A DNA stretch of 64,000 nucleotides from Desulfatiglandales bacterium (GTDB lineage Bacteria; Desulfobacterota; DSM-4660; Desulfatiglandales; HGW-15). The notes below the pieces were generated by a model. The model was not told where the DNA came from. It saw only the letters and a program-made list of their open reading frames with translations, and searched no databases. Shown one piece after another: positions 45,266 through 54,256 of this stretch; the first letter of the stretch is position 1, and every line of letters starts with the position of its first letter. The position numbers were made by a program, and so were the translations under genes. The stretch spans positions 30,256 through 94,255 of the forward strand of contig JBMNCO010000068.1 in the NCBI GenBank assembly GCA_049366815.1. Direction: 5' to 3'.

Positions 45266-45353
45266 TTTAACGAACCGGAAAGGATCAGGTTTTCCCGTCT
45301 AGCCGAAAAACCTGGCCATTATCCTGTCCTTGTCACTTTTTGTTCTATTTGTT

Positions 45354-47012
45354 CTATGCGCCCTCTTGCTCGAGCTTTTTCTTGATGTCTTCCTGCAGGG
45401 AGCGTTTGTCCACCTTTTCGGCTCCGGTGTAGGGCATGGCATCAATAAATTCGATCCGCTCGGGAAGCTGAAGCACCGAGGCCTTCTGGCCCTTCAGGAA
45501 GTCGATGATCCCTTCAAAGGTCGGCTGCGCACCGGCCTTGGGCTGGACATAGGCGCAAACCCTTTCGCCCATGAGCTTATCGGGCATGGCGATGACCGCC
45601 ACTCCGGCGACATCCTCATGACGGCTGATGAGTCTCTCGATGTCCGTCGCACTGATGCTCTCTCCGCCGCGGTTGATCATCTCCTTGATTCGGCCTGTGA
45701 GTGAAATATAGCCCTTTTCATTGATCTTGGCCACATCCCCGGTCCTGAAGAACCCGTCCTTCGTGAAAATCGCTTTGTTCTCCTCAGGATTGTTGTAGTA
45801 GCCTGTGAAGACGCCGGGCCCCTTAAGGACCAATTCACCTGACGTGTTGAGGGGAAGTTCGTTGCCCTCTGGGTCAATGACCTTGTACGTATCATAGGGG
45901 CAGGTGGGTCTTCCCACGGTGGTGCAAATGGTCTCCAGGTCATCCGTGGTGCGGGTGATGGTCGTCATGCCCTCTGTGGCCCCGTACCCGTTGTAGAACT
46001 TCATTCCCAACCGCTCGGTCACCTCTTTGACCAGATTGGGATGGCTTGCACCGCCGGCGCTGTGCATCTTTTTCAGGGTGCTCAAATCATACTTGTCGAG
46101 GTCTTCGAATTGGAGCATCCTTTGCGCCAGGGTGGGCACCCAGACGATGGCGGTCACTTTTTCCTTTTGGATTGTTTCGCAGATGTCTTCATTTCTCACA
46201 GAGTCCAGAAGGATGGCCTTTCCGAAGGTGAGTATGCAACCCATGAAGCCCTTGGAAAAGGACAGGTCGTGACCCAGGGGGCCACAGAGCAGGGTGACGT
46301 CATCACAGTGCTGATCCCAGGATTGGGCGCAATAATAGATGCCGGTCACCAGACTGTTGTGCGAGCGGCCGACGATCTTGGGCGCACCGGTTGTACCGCC
46401 GGTCGGTCCCATGTGGGCGACCTGCATGGGGTCAGGCCGCCTTTCGGCCAGGCGGGCCAGATTTTCATCGGTCAATTCACCCGCTTCCATCAGCTTTTCG
46501 AGGCTTGAAAAGGGCTTCTGATCCCCCTCTCCCCGGACGGTAATCACATGCTTTATCTGAGGATTTTCCTTCAGGACGTCATTGATGATGGGAATATAAT
46601 CCGTTTTCTTGTATCGGGAAGGGACTATCCAGGCCGTGGCCCCGGTGAGGCCGGCCAGGTGGTTTATCTCAAACTGACGATACCTGTCGATCAGCAATAC
46701 CGGAATGGCTCCGATCTTCTGGACGGCAAAATAGGCAAAGACGAATTCGTTCCAGTTCGGAAGCTGAACCATAACCCGATCCATGGGCTTGATGCCCAGA
46801 TCCATCATGCCTATGGCCAGCTTATTGGTCTTTTCCCGGGCCTCCCCGTAGGTCAGCCGCGTTATCCCGTCCACGAAGGCCTCTTTGTCCGGGTGGATAT
46901 CTGCGGCCCTGTCAAGACAATCGCCGAAGGTCAGCCCAAACCACCACCGGTTGTCGTAATACTTTTTGATATCCTCGTCACTGTAAGGTACATATCCATC
47001 AATATACTTCAT
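45354..47012 (-). CDS. AMP-forming acyl/aryl-CoA ligase (ANL superfamily; aryl-acid/2,3-dihydroxybenzoate-AMP-ligase-like)
   Basis: AMP-binding motif PTGGTTGAPKIV, GYGATEG, and C-terminal hinge IKEMINRGGESIS. AGGAGG SD. Confidence 0.88.
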   Translation of the reverse strand: MKYIDGYVPYSDEDIKKYYDNRWWFGLTFGDCLDRAADIHPDKEAFVDGITRLTYGEAREKTNKLAIGMMDLGIKPMDRVMVQLPNWNEFVFAYFAVQKIGAIPVLLIDRYRQFEINHLAGLTGATAWIVPSRYKKTDYIPIINDVLKENPQIKHVITVRGEGDQKPFSSLEKLMEAGELTDENLARLAERRPDPMQVAHMGPTGGTTGAPKIVGRSHNSLVTGIYYCAQSWDQHCDDVTLLCGPLGHDLSFSKGFMGCILTFGKAILLDSVRNEDICETIQKEKVTAIVWVPTLAQRMLQFEDLDKYDLSTLKKMHSAGGASHPNLVKEVTERLGMKFYNGYGATEGMTTITRTTDDLETICTTVGRPTCPYDTYKVIDPEGNELPLNTSGELVLKGPGVFTGYYNNPEENKAIFTKDGFFRTGDVAKINEKGYISLTGRIKEMINRGGESISATDIERLISRHEDVAGVAVIAMPDKLMGERVCAYVQPKAGAQPTFEGIIDFLKGQKASVLQLPERIEFIDAMPYTGAEKVDKRSLQEDIKKKLEQEGA

Positions 47013-47344
47013 TTATTGTTCCTCCTTCAGTCTCATTAAATTGCCTTTCAGCTTTGCGGACCTCACCCCTGGGTGCGGCCGCGAACAAAAAAATAGAGAA
47101 ACATCGCATTCAGCCATGGGGCCTCATCCGATGTTCTGTCCCATCTATTTGAGTTGGCGTAAATTGGAAGAGTGGGACGTGTTAATTTCGGTGAAAAGGC
47201 TTTACCATCGACGACCGTGCCACCAACAAATAAACCCGGATGTACTGAACCGGGCCTGCATACCCTTTCAGAATCACAGCGTTCCTCGATGAAACGGCCC
47301 CGTGGGACCACCCTTCGAAGGGCTGTTAAGCCTTTAACTTTTCA

Positions 47345-47373
47345 AAATTACTAAGTGCAAAGAATCATGTCAA
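47345..47373 (-). promoter_or_regulatory. Promoter candidate for the CoA-ligase gene (TTGACA-17-TAATTT), implying a ~330-nt leader
   Basis: TTGACA at 47373-47368 and TAATTT at 47350-47345 on the minus strand. Confidence 0.35.
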
Positions 47374-47470
47374 GCCAAATCCGCCATCTCATATGGCAGG
47401 GTCAGAAGAGGATGCGTTTTCCCCCTTCCCCTAGGTGAATCTCGACCCGTTACGCCCCGTTATTAGACCT

Positions 47471-47502
47471 AAAAAAACCTGCAGATTCATAAACCTGCAG
47501 GT
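47471..47502 (-). terminator. Rho-independent terminator after tRNA-Cys
   Basis: The minus strand shows ACCTGCAG-gtttatgaat-CTGCAGGT followed by TTTTTTT. Confidence 0.8.
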
Positions 47503-47515
47503 CTCAGATGTGCCC

Positions 47516-47591
47516 TGGAGGCGGCAACCGGATTCGAACCGGTGAATAACGGTTTTGCAGACCGCTGCCTTAGCCACTTGGCTATGCCGCC
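47516..47591 (-). tRNA. tRNA-Cys (GCA)
   Basis: Cloverleaf read by hand: acceptor GGCGGCA/TGCCGCC, anticodon loop CTGCAAA, T-arm ACCGG-TTCGAAT-CCGGT, discriminator U73, encoded CCA. Confidence 0.93.
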
Positions 47592-47604
47592 GGATTTTCA
47601 GTGA

Positions 47605-47680
47605 TGGAGCGGGAAACGGGACTCGAACCCGCGACAACCACGTTGGCAACGTGGAGCTCTACCAACTGAGCTATTCCCGC
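47605..47680 (-). tRNA. tRNA-Gly (GCC)
   Basis: Acceptor GCGGGAA/TTCCCGC, D-arm GCTC-AGTTGGTA-GAGC, anticodon stem-loop CCACG-TTGCCAA-CGTGG, T-loop TTCGAGT, encoded CCA. Confidence 0.93.
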
Positions 47681-47692
47681 TCAAATGTAAGT

Positions 47693-47720
47693 ATTTTATT
47701 ATATATGAATCGTTTGTCAA
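47693..47720 (-). promoter_or_regulatory. Sigma70 promoter of the tRNA-Gly/tRNA-Cys operon (TTGACA-16-TAAAAT)
   Basis: TTGACA at 47720-47715 and TAAAAT at 47698-47693. The tRNA-Gly 5' end lies 13 nt downstream of the -10. Confidence 0.55.
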
Positions 47721-47765
47721 CAGAAAATCTCATCTCAGGGAGGTGAATCCCTTATGCGAAATATT

Positions 47766-48344
47766 CTACAGGGTTTTAGAGAAGAACACGTCCTTGAAAC
47801 TCCTGAAATACTCCCAACCAGACCAAAGGGTGAAAACCAGTGCTACCCACAAAAAGGTCATTCCCACAACATGGAAATCGATCTCAAGATAGGGATAATG
47901 GAGACAAAGGCCGATGGTGGCCGTGGATTGAAATATGGTCTTGTATTTCCCTGTCTTACTTGCCTGGATCACGGTCCCCTCATTGGCGGCAATGCTGCGA
48001 AGCCCCGTTACGGCCAGTTCTCTCGCTATGATCAATACGACGATCCAAGAGGGGATCCGGCCCAGAGGGATGAGGCTGATCATGGTCCCGGAAACAAGAA
48101 TTTTGTCGGCCAGGGGATCCAGGAACTTCCCGATGCTCGTCACATCTCCTCGTTTTCTTGCAAAATAGCCGTCGAGAAAATCGGTGATGAAGGCCACCCC
48201 AAAAAAAAGCGCGGCCAGGAAGCTTCCCAGCCTGCCGGGAAAATACAGACAGGCCATCACGAGTGGAATGCAGGCCAATCGGAACAAGGTCAGCGTATTC
48301 GGCAGGTTGAAAAGGTCCTCCTTGTGTTTGCGATGGGTACGCAT
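47766..48344 (-). CDS. pgsA: CDP-diacylglycerol--glycerol-3-phosphate 3-phosphatidyltransferase
   Basis: CDP-alcohol phosphatidyltransferase motif DFLDGYFARKRGDVTSIGKFLDPLADK. 192 aa with 4-5 TM helices. Confidence 0.92.
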   Translation of the reverse strand: MRTHRKHKEDLFNLPNTLTLFRLACIPLVMACLYFPGRLGSFLAALFFGVAFITDFLDGYFARKRGDVTSIGKFLDPLADKILVSGTMISLIPLGRIPSWIVVLIIARELAVTGLRSIAANEGTVIQASKTGKYKTIFQSTATIGLCLHYPYLEIDFHVVGMTFLWVALVFTLWSGWEYFRSFKDVFFSKTL

Positions 48345-48353
48345 ACGCCGCCT

Positions 48354-48947
48354 TTACTCTTTTTGACCGGATTTGAGCCGTTCATAAAAGTTGAGAACCT
48401 TTGTGACAAAGGACTTGGTCTCAGGGTATGGTGGAATCCCTTGATAATCTTTAACTTTTTCAGGGCCGGCATTGTAGGCGGCGAGAGCCAGGCTCTCATC
48501 ATTGTTAAAGCGTTCCAGCAGGAGGCTGAGATAGCGTGTGCCGCCAAAGATATTCTCTTCAGGGTTGAATGGATTAGCGACCTTCATTTTTGTCGCTGTT
48601 TGAGGCATGAGCTGCATCAGTCCCTGGGCGCCCTTTTTGGATACGGCCCTGTGGTCAAAATCCGATTCTGCCTTTATCACAGCCCTGATCAACAATGGGT
48701 CAACGTTGAATGTCCTTGAGGCCTGCTGAATAATCCCTTCGTATTCCTTTATATATTCCGATGGTTTTTTTTCATATGTCCGAAAATACAGCTTATACCT
48801 TGCATCCGTTTGAACATTCGTGAAATGCCATACGCCGTCCTTGTCGCAATAACGGTAGACATCGGCTGATACAATAGTGTTCCCACAGAATACAAAAAGT
48901 ATCCAGAAGGAAAGGGAAAAAACAATCCTCGTGGGAGACATCCTCAC
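48354..48947 (-). CDS. Lytic transglycosylase (SLT domain) with an N-terminal DUF4124-like region
   Basis: Signal/anchor sequence, then [17 protein letters not shown] catalytic block [27 protein letters not shown] and AYNAGP. The start is either GTG 48947 (overlapping the tal stop) or ATG 48941. Confidence 0.88.
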   Translation of the reverse strand: MRMSPTRIVFSLSFWILFVFCGNTIVSADVYRYCDKDGVWHFTNVQTDARYKLYFRTYEKKPSEYIKEYEGIIQQASRTFNVDPLLIRAVIKAESDFDHRAVSKKGAQGLMQLMPQTATKMKVANPFNPEENIFGGTRYLSLLLERFNNDESLALAAYNAGPEKVKDYQGIPPYPETKSFVTKVLNFYERLKSGQKE

Positions 48948-49585
48948 CCCATTTTCTTCCAGTCAGCCAGGAATTTTTCGAGACCAATGTCTGTCAAAGG
49001 ATGTTTAATCAATTGTTCCATAACCTTGAATGGGATTGTTGCAATATCCGCGCCTAAGAGTGCCGCATCGAGCACATGAAGCGGATTTCGGACACTGGCC
49101 ACGAGGACCTCGGTTTCGTACCCGTAATTCTCATAAATGGTCACAATCTGCTCAACCAGATCCATGCCCGTATGGCTTATATCGTCAAGTCTGCCGATAA
49201 AGGGACTGATGTAGCACGCCCCCGCTTTGGCGGCCATGAGGGCCTGGAGGGGCGAAAAGCACAGGGTCACATTGGTCCTTATCCCTTCACCTGAGAGTGT
49301 CTTTACGGCCTTGAGGCCTTCCTTTATGAGGGGGATTTTGACGACGATATTGCCTGCCAGAGAGGCAAGGTGTCTGGCCTCCTTTAACATGCCCTCAGCC
49401 TCGGTACTCACCACCTCGGCACTGACGGGTCCATCGACAATATGGCAGATTTCTTTGATGAGTTCTTCAAATTCCCGCCCTTCCTTGGCAATAAGGCTGG
49501 GATTGGTTGTGACACCGTCCAATAGGCCCATTTCATTGGCCTTCTTGATTTCCTCAATATTTGCCGTATCAATAAAAAATTTCAT
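48944..49585 (-). CDS. tal: Short-type transaldolase / fructose-6-phosphate aldolase family
   Basis: ATG at 49585 with a [39 protein letters not shown], and the Schiff-base Lys region VVKIP. Confidence 0.9.
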   Translation of the reverse strand: MKFFIDTANIEEIKKANEMGLLDGVTTNPSLIAKEGREFEELIKEICHIVDGPVSAEVVSTEAEGMLKEARHLASLAGNIVVKIPLIKEGLKAVKTLSGEGIRTNVTLCFSPLQALMAAKAGACYISPFIGRLDDISHTGMDLVEQIVTIYENYGYETEVLVASVRNPLHVLDAALLGADIATIPFKVMEQLIKHPLTDIGLEKFLADWKKMG

Positions 49586-49613
49586 GTGTCCTCCATTATA
49601 GAAACATGTTTCC

Positions 49614-49889
49614 CTAGGATTGCCCGTTAGGCTGCTCCGCCTTACCTTCTCTTTCCCTTTCGTACCTCGCCGCACATTGATCGCTGCAGAAGAAGAAGGT
49701 CTTTCCCTCTATCACCCTCTTTACAGAATCTCTCCTGGGAATATAGGTCTTGCATAGGGGATCCTGGACCATCTCGTCGATGACGCCGCCGTCCGATGGT
49801 CCTCTCACCTCTCCCGTGCCGGATCGAATAAGGCCTTTCACGAGACGAAACAAGACATAAAACAAAAGAGCCAGTATGATTAGACGCAT
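49614..49889 (-). CDS. Membrane-anchored YHS/TRASH-domain protein
   Basis: N-terminal TM helix [18 protein letters not shown]-type motif DPLCKTYIP...[15 protein letters not shown]. Confidence 0.75.
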   Translation of the reverse strand: MRLIILALLFYVLFRLVKGLIRSGTGEVRGPSDGGVIDEMVQDPLCKTYIPRRDSVKRVIEGKTFFFCSDQCAARYEREREGKAEQPNGQS

Positions 49890-49892
49890 CGG

Positions 49893-50387
49893 TCATTCCT
49901 CATAGGGGATAACATCCTGTCCATCCTCCTGCAATTGCTCCAGCAACTGACTCATCGTCAATCCCATTGAAGGGTGGGGCACCCCAGGTGCCAGATCGAC
50001 CATGGGGACAAGGACAAATCGCCTGACATGCATCAGAGGGTGCGGGACCTTTAAGTCCTCTTCCTCAATGATCTGATTTCCGTAGAGCAGTATATCCAGA
50101 TCAATGATTCTGGGTCCCCATGGCTCCATCCTGACACGCCCCATCCCTTGCTCAACACGCATCAATCCTTTCAGAAGATCCCGCGCCGGTATCACGACCT
50201 CAAGGGAAAGGGCCCCATTGATAAACCATTCCTGCCTATCAAAGCCCACGGGTTTTGTAAGGTACCATCCTGAAATCCCGGAGATTTTTACCCCTGGGAT
50301 TCGCCGGAGCCGGTCCACGGCCTTCAAACAGTTCTGATGCCGGTCGCCCAGATTGGAACCGATGCCGATATAGGCCGTTTCAGTCAT
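49893..50387 (-). CDS. folK: 2-amino-4-hydroxy-6-hydroxymethyldihydropteridine diphosphokinase
   Basis: AYIGIGSNLGDR N-terminus, RIIDLDILLY, and HPLMHVRRFVLVP motifs of HPPK. Confidence 0.92.
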   Translation of the reverse strand: MTETAYIGIGSNLGDRHQNCLKAVDRLRRIPGVKISGISGWYLTKPVGFDRQEWFINGALSLEVVIPARDLLKGLMRVEQGMGRVRMEPWGPRIIDLDILLYGNQIIEEEDLKVPHPLMHVRRFVLVPMVDLAPGVPHPSMGLTMSQLLEQLQEDGQDVIPYEE

Positions 50388-51554
50388 TCAAAATGTGATG
50401 TCCTTGATCCTCGCGACGGCCTCTTCGAGGCGGGCCCTCTTCTTGGTCAGGGCGATGCGGAAGTACCCTTCACCCGGCTCACCAAAACCGTTTCCCGGTG
50501 TCACGACCACCCCATTATCCAGAAGCCGGCTTACAAAATCTGCTGACGTGACGCCCTCCGGGACCCTGACCCAAAGATAAAAGGTCGCCTTTGGTACCTC
50601 CAGGGAAAACCCGGCATCCTTCAGTCCCTTGACCATGAGGTCCCTTCTCCGTTTATAGACCTCCCTCATTTGCTCCACGCAGGACTGGTCCTGTATCAGG
50701 GCCTCCCGTGCAGCGACTTGAATGGCCTGAAAGGCCCCTGAATCAATGTTACTCTTGATGGCCCCCAGGCCTTCAATGACCTCCCTGTTGCCCACCGCGA
50801 AACCGATCCGCCATCCCGTCATATTATAGGTCTTGGAAAGGGAATGAAACTCCATGCCCACCTCCTTTGCGCCCTCCACCTCCATAAAACTCGGGGGACG
50901 ATAACCGTCAAAGGCCATCTCCGTATAGGCGGCATCGTGGCAGACAATGATGCGGTTTTTCCTGGCAAAGGCCACCACCCGGCTGAAAAAGTCGAGATCG
51001 GCTGTGGCAGCGGTAGGATTATTGGGGTAGTTGATAAACATCAACTTGGCCTTGCGGGCCATATCCACCGAAACGGCGTCAAGGTCCGGCAAAAAACCAT
51101 TTTCCCCCAACAGGGGCATGATATGGGATTGCCCACCTGCAAATATGGTCGCGTTGTGATAGACCGGATATGAAGGGGACGGGATCAGCGCCACATCCCC
51201 AGGATTCACAAAGGCCAGGGGCATGTGCGCGATACCCTCCTTGCTGCCGATCAAGATGACCACCTCGTTCAGGGGGTCTATCTCGACGCCGAATCGGGTC
51301 TTATACCATCCTGCAACGGTCTCCCGGAGGGCCGTCATCCCCACGTAGGAGGGATACTGATGATTTGCGGGATCTTCCGCCGCACGCTTCAGGGCCTCGA
51401 TGATGTGAGGGGGGGTGGGTAGATCCGGGTCCCCGACACCAAGGTCTATGATATCCACTCCCCTCGCCTTGACCTCCTGCTTTTTTCGGTCTATCTCCTT
51501 GAAAAGATATGGGGGAAGACGTTTGAGGCGATCCGCTTTTTCAAAAATCTGCAT
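50388..51554 (-). CDS. dapL: Class I/II aminotransferase, LL-diaminopimelate aminotransferase type
   Basis: [14 protein letters not shown]...[18 protein letters not shown]-terminus and PLP-Lys region [14 protein letters not shown]. Last gene of the lysA-dapF-dapA-dapB run, with no dapD/dapC/dapE present. Confidence 0.7.
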   Translation of the reverse strand: MQIFEKADRLKRLPPYLFKEIDRKKQEVKARGVDIIDLGVGDPDLPTPPHIIEALKRAAEDPANHQYPSYVGMTALRETVAGWYKTRFGVEIDPLNEVVILIGSKEGIAHMPLAFVNPGDVALIPSPSYPVYHNATIFAGGQSHIMPLLGENGFLPDLDAVSVDMARKAKLMFINYPNNPTAATADLDFFSRVVAFARKNRIIVCHDAAYTEMAFDGYRPPSFMEVEGAKEVGMEFHSLSKTYNMTGWRIGFAVGNREVIEGLGAIKSNIDSGAFQAIQVAAREALIQDQSCVEQMREVYKRRRDLMVKGLKDAGFSLEVPKATFYLWVRVPEGVTSADFVSRLLDNGVVVTPGNGFGEPGEGYFRIALTKKRARLEEAVARIKDITF

Positions 51555-51624
51555 GTTGCTTTTCCTTGTTTATTAATCAGATCATAAAATGGTCCTGCGC
51601 CCGCGAGGGGATTTCTGACGGGCG

Positions 51625-52428
51625 CTATCGAAGTCCGAGCACATCCTGCATGTCATAAAGTCCTGCGGGCTGCCGGACCACCCACGCAGCCGCCTTCACC
51701 GCCCCTCGCGCAAAATTGTCCCGGTTATGGGCGCGATGAATCAACTCCAACCGCTCACCAATCCCCCCGAACATCACCGTATGTTCACCCGTAATATCCC
51801 CGGCCCGCCAGGTCTGCACGCCGATCTCCTCATCGGATCTCTCTCCAATGATTCCCTTCCGGGCATAGACCGCCGCCTTTTCAAGATCCCGGCCCACAGC
51901 CCCCGCCAGGATCTGGGCCAGTCGCATGGCCGTCCCGCTGGGGGCATCCTTCTTGAGCCTGTGATGGACCTCAAGGATCTCCATATCGTAGTCGGAGCCG
52001 AGAATCTTGGCCATCTGCTCGGCAATCTTGAACATGACATTGACCCCCACGCTCATATTGGGGGCCATGACACAACGGATGCCCTTTGCAAGGCCGGTCA
52101 ACTCCTCAAGCGTACCCTTGTCAAATCCGGTTGTTCCGATAACCATGGCAAGATCTCTTGAAGACGCGAATCTCACGTTTTCAAGCGTTGCCTCAGGCGT
52201 CGTGAAATCAATGAGCACATCACCGTACTTGGCAACCTCGCCCAGGCTTCCGGCCAGGCTCAATCCTGTCAATCCCAACCCGGCCAATTGTCCAATGTCC
52301 TGACCCACGCTCGGATGGTCGGCCCTTTCAAAGGCCCCCGCCAGAGCCACCTCCCGGCTCTGGTGCACCATATGAATGATCCGTTGCCCCATGCGACCTG
52401 CGGCACCTGCCACAATGGCTTTTGTCAT
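51625..52428 (-). CDS. dapB: 4-hydroxy-tetrahydrodipicolinate reductase
   Basis: N-terminal GAAGRMGQ NAD(P) fold and EVHHRLKKDAPSGTA motif. Confidence 0.95.
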   Translation of the reverse strand: MTKAIVAGAAGRMGQRIIHMVHQSREVALAGAFERADHPSVGQDIGQLAGLGLTGLSLAGSLGEVAKYGDVLIDFTTPEATLENVRFASSRDLAMVIGTTGFDKGTLEELTGLAKGIRCVMAPNMSVGVNVMFKIAEQMAKILGSDYDMEILEVHHRLKKDAPSGTAMRLAQILAGAVGRDLEKAAVYARKGIIGERSDEEIGVQTWRAGDITGEHTVMFGGIGERLELIHRAHNRDNFARGAVKAAAWVVRQPAGLYDMQDVLGLR

Positions 52429-52489
52429 GATAAGGATGTCCTCCTCAATCTAATGATTTCAGCATGATCATGAACGCTCGGCTTTTTCG

Positions 52490-53362
52490 TCAAATAAGGT
52501 CATAATCCTGCAGGACCTTTTGGAGCCTGTCAAGGTTTCCCGGGGACATGGATACCAGGGGCAGTCTCATTTCCCCGGTGCATTTCCCCATGAGCCCGGC
52601 CGCGGTCTTGACGGGCACGGGGTTGGTCTCATAGAACATGGCCTGACACAAGGGCATAAGATCAAAGAATATTTCCCTTGCCTTCTCCAGACGACCATCC
52701 TCCCATGCCTGGACCATTTCCGCGGTCTTTCGGGGCACGAGATTGGCGATGACGGAGATCACGCCCTTTCCTCCGATCGCCAGGATGGGCAAAGTGAGAT
52801 TGTCATCGCCGGAGAGGAGCGTAATCTTGTCGCCGACCAACTTCAGAATCTCGGCCATCTGCCCGATATTGCCGGAAGCCTCCTTGATCGCCACGATCTC
52901 AGGAAGTGCCGCAAGACGTGCCACAGTCTCGGGCAGCATGTTCACGCTGGTTCTCCCGGGCACATTGTAGAGCACCTGAGGGAAGGGCACGGCCTGTGCA
53001 ATGGCCTTGTAGTGCTGATACAGGCCCTCCTGGGTCGGCTTGTTGTAATAGGGTGTAACCTGAAGCGTCGCATCCGCTCCCGCCTTTTTTGCATGTTCAG
53101 TCAGTTCAATGGCCTCATTGGTGCAGTTGCCGCCGGTCCCCGCAATGACCGGGACCCTCTTGTTTGCAGCCTCCACGGCGATATCGATAACCCTGCAGTG
53201 TTCCTCAACATTCAACGTGGCAGACTCACCGGTAGTCCCGCATGGAACAATTGCGCTGGTGCCGTTGGCTATCTGAAAGTCAATGAGTTCTCTGTAGGCC
53301 TCTTCATCAATCTTGCCGTCCTTAAACGGGGTGATAATGGCCACGATCGATCCTTTAAACAT
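52490..53362 (-). CDS. dapA: 4-hydroxy-tetrahydrodipicolinate synthase
   Basis: Start chosen at ATG 53362 (AAGGAG 6 nt upstream). GSIVAIITPF, GTTGESATL, and YNVPGRT with a downstream Lys. Confidence 0.95.
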   Translation of the reverse strand: MFKGSIVAIITPFKDGKIDEEAYRELIDFQIANGTSAIVPCGTTGESATLNVEEHCRVIDIAVEAANKRVPVIAGTGGNCTNEAIELTEHAKKAGADATLQVTPYYNKPTQEGLYQHYKAIAQAVPFPQVLYNVPGRTSVNMLPETVARLAALPEIVAIKEASGNIGQMAEILKLVGDKITLLSGDDNLTLPILAIGGKGVISVIANLVPRKTAEMVQAWEDGRLEKAREIFFDLMPLCQAMFYETNPVPVKTAAGLMGKCTGEMRLPLVSMSPGNLDRLQKVLQDYDLI

Positions 53363-53389
53363 GGTAAACTCCTTAAACATTTATGAATG

Positions 53390-54214
53390 TCAAAGTGCTT
53401 CTTCACATAATTCGGCCTTATACACAAGGGAGGTATTTCCCTCCAGCCATATTTCCTCGAAACGGTCACCCTGTTTGCTGAAATAAATCCGCAGTTCTTC
53501 ACCGCCCCTGGTCCTCACCTTCACGGGCGATTGAACCATTCCCCTGGCCGCCGCCGTCAGGGCGGATGCGATGGCCCCGGTACCGCAGGCAAGGGTCTCA
53601 TCCTCTACGCCCCTTTCATAGGTCCTGAGTTCAATCAGACCGGGGTCGTGGACCTTCATGAAATTGACATTGGTCCCCTGTGGAGAAAACAGGCGATGGT
53701 AACGAACCCCTGGTCCCTGTTCCAGGACTGGGTGGCTTTTCGGGTCTTCCACCTGAAGGACCACGTGAGGAACACCCGTATTAATAAAATCCGCGTGGAT
53801 CCAACCCGGTTCCTGAGTGAGATTTACATCCCTTTGATAGGCGGAGGGATCAGGCATTCGGACCTTGACGATTCTGCCCTTTACCTCCGCCGAAACCGGA
53901 CCGGCAAGGGTTTCAAAAGTCATTTCAGGCCCGGCGATACCCATCAAATAGGCGAAACGGGCAACGCAGCGGCTCCCGTTGCCACACATTTCCACCTCTC
54001 CGCCGTCGGCGTTGAAAAACCGCCACCCAAAGTCATATTGCTCCGATTTGGTCACGACAATGAGGCCGTCTGCACCCACGGACTCCCTTCGGCGGCAGGT
54101 CCCCTTGACCAAGCGTTCCAATTCTTCTGCGGGGATCTGATCCTCCCGGTTGTCGATGAGGATAAAATCATTGCCGCTGCCGTTCATCTTCCAAAATGGG
54201 ATCGCTTCTGCCAT
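53390..54214 (-). CDS. dapF: Diaminopimelate epimerase
   Basis: WKMNGSGNDFILID, and catalytic Cys motifs MCGNGSRC and ETLACGTGA. Confidence 0.95.
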   Translation of the reverse strand: MAEAIPFWKMNGSGNDFILIDNREDQIPAEELERLVKGTCRRRESVGADGLIVVTKSEQYDFGWRFFNADGGEVEMCGNGSRCVARFAYLMGIAGPEMTFETLAGPVSAEVKGRIVKVRMPDPSAYQRDVNLTQEPGWIHADFINTGVPHVVLQVEDPKSHPVLEQGPGVRYHRLFSPQGTNVNFMKVHDPGLIELRTYERGVEDETLACGTGAIASALTAAARGMVQSPVKVRTRGGEELRIYFSKQGDRFEEIWLEGNTSLVYKAELCEEAL

Positions 54215-54256
54215 GACCGTCTTAACACTCCAATGCCGGACGGGCCCAACCTCGGC

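Noticed and set aside
47205-47222. Sigma54-like -24 element TGGCACG on the minus strand upstream of the CoA ligase.
   Set aside because: The -12 element reads TCGAT instead of TTGCW, so the conserved GC is missing. No bacterial enhancer-binding protein (AAA+ sigma54 activator) is encoded in the cluster.
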